DNA from: Marsupella aquatica
Taxonomy: Eukaryota > Plantae > Marchantiophyta
Reading direction: 5' to 3'
Assembly (NCBI GenBank): GCA_973895155.1
Contig: OZ316895.1
Coordinates: 20,598,803 to 20,662,802, forward strand
Length of the DNA: 64,000 nt
A program made the translations under genes and the position numbers. The notes below the pieces were generated by a model, which saw nothing but the letters and a program-made list of their open reading frames with translations, had not been told where the DNA came from and ran no database searches. The number at the start of each line of letters is the position of its first letter. Positions within the stretch are counted from its first letter, which is position 1. Shown one piece after another: positions 62,275 to 64,000 of the stretch.

Positions 62275-63657
62275 AAAAGTGTCACACCAGGAGACAAGAT
62301 CCCAAAGGCAGTTACACTTTCAAGGACTGGCTTTTGCTCTGCACCCCAGAGCGAGAGGGGGTCTCCCGTACAATGGTGGATTCTGGAAGGCTTGGGAGGA
62401 ACTGCGAGCCCACCTTGCATTTATGCTGGGCCAGATGGGTGCCCCAGGGTGCATGAGCATTAACAATGCCATTAGATGTATGCTAGATTTCAATTCCTTG
62501 CAAAATGTGGACATAGTAGGAGTCACTACATTAATTTGCGGAATGCACTCTATACAGGATGGATGGTCAATTGAGACCAATTGCTGGAAAGACCTCCCAC
62601 TCAGAGGTCAGGTGCTGAGGGGATTCACGTTGGAGCAACGAGGGCTGGCAAGAGAGTTCCTGGAGCGAATATGGGAGTCGGCCTTATGCAGATGGGACAG
62701 AGATCCTCTGGCCAGGCAGTGGCGCTGGGCTGACAGGGCAAAGCCTTTAAGGACTTCCAAATTACCAACTGCCGGGTCTACCAATTCTTCCGACCCAGGA
62801 TGATGGACATGATCAGCTTAATAGGTGCGGGTTCTCGACTCGATCAGAAATGGAATGGTGCATTGGGTGGAACAAGCCATGGAGTTTAGACCTGTCTAGC
62901 AGAGCGAAAACCTTTATCTGATGGGTAATTGTGTGGGGGGGGGGGGTCGTGTACAGCCAAAGGGGCCTATGAATCAAGGCTGGCACTGGAGATTGCAAGC
63001 TGTTGCAGGTTCCAGAGACAATGCAACATTTGTTCTTTGTCTGTGCATATATATGCTTCACGCTGCTGGCAGATGTGCAGTAGGACTTTGGCTGAGCTGC
63101 GACGGGCTTCCAGTTGGCGATGGCCTCTTGGCTCTTCTCAAAGCTGCCACAGGGCAGGAACTGATTCATAGTGCAAGGATATTTTGTAATGATCAGATTC
63201 TCTGGATGATCTGTCTGGGAAGAAATGAACATATTTTCTCAGATAAGGACTGGTGAACATTTGACATGGGTGTGTTGCTTGCTGAGATTGCTAACAACAT
63301 CCATGATGTGAATGCTTTTTTGCCACTTGGGAGGCAATGTTCTCATTTGAATAGGGACCAATAGTGGATGGCGGGGACGAGGTCATATTACCCCCACTGA
63401 CTGAGGTCAGATGGGGGTGAATTTCACTCTGTGCCTTTATAAGAGGGTGCTTATGCCATGAGGGCTTTTGCCTTTCTGCTGGCGAGTTTGATGGAGGCTC
63501 TAGTGGTGCTGCTGGGTGCATTCTTCCGGTCATGGGGCGGCCTGTGGCTGATTGGGCCTATTGTGGCCTTTTGTCCCCCCTGTTGTTCCTCCCCCTTTGT
63601 GGGGCTGATGATCCCCCCCTATCAGTGGTCACTGTGTTAAAATTTATTAAAAAAAAA
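62275..63657 (+). mobile_element. 5'-truncated, degenerate L1-like LINE 3' portion with poly(A) tail
   Basis: Trp-rich ORF2 C-terminal remnants (GGFWKAWEELR; W.IC.GRNEHIFS resembling W.IW..RN..IF), GT-rich 3' UTR and A-tract at 63649-63657. Confidence 0.7.
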
Positions 63658-64000
63658 CCATTCCAATAAAGATCCCAAAAGGCAAGAAATACACTAAAGG
63701 AAAACCTAAGAAGATCAAAGAACCAAAACCCCTACAGCGAACAAGTAGAGTGCTATGAACCACAACTAAAGAACCAAAGCCCCACTTAGTTTGAAACTGA
63801 CAAGTCTAGTAGAGTTTTATAGTAAACTACATATGAAACCCACTAAGAGTAATATGACTAGAATCCCTTAGACCACTAAGAGTGTATTCCTTAAAACCAA
63901 CAACCCCGGCTCACCTTTTTCTAGTTGAGGTGTGGAGGGTCAATCCCTAATGATAGTATAGAAAGAACGATATAGTCTTAGCAGGTATTGAAATAAGAAT

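Overview
Eukaryotic, gene-poor, repeat-rich window. Spliceosomal introns, Ty1/copia, L1-like LINE and Mutator elements, and plant-type INH3 and CML sequences point to a land plant; the lineage cannot be fixed from the sequence. One apparently intact host gene is present: protein phosphatase 1 Inhibitor-3 (3619-3879). There is also one calmodulin-like EF-hand fragment. The main feature is a complete, young 8.77-kb Mutator-like element (16112-24885) with 100-bp TIRs (2 mismatches) and a perfect 10-bp TSD (AATTCAATGA). It carries two convergent, multi-exon genes. The first is a 7-exon MURA-type DDE/SWIM/zinc-knuckle transposase with one stop and one 1-bp frameshift. The second is an unrecognised gene of about 600 codons or more, with a degenerate zinc-finger-like N-terminus, a basic region, an acidic region and a C-terminus built by serial exon+intron duplication; a CpG-rich array of short motifs lies upstream of it. 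This gene-plus-array arrangement is the best candidate for an undescribed system, possibly a transposon-encoded accessory or anti-silencing factor with its target array. The rest is degraded copia/gypsy/LINE fragments, solo LTRs, a small tRNA-derived SINE family, MITE-like inverted repeats and minisatellites.
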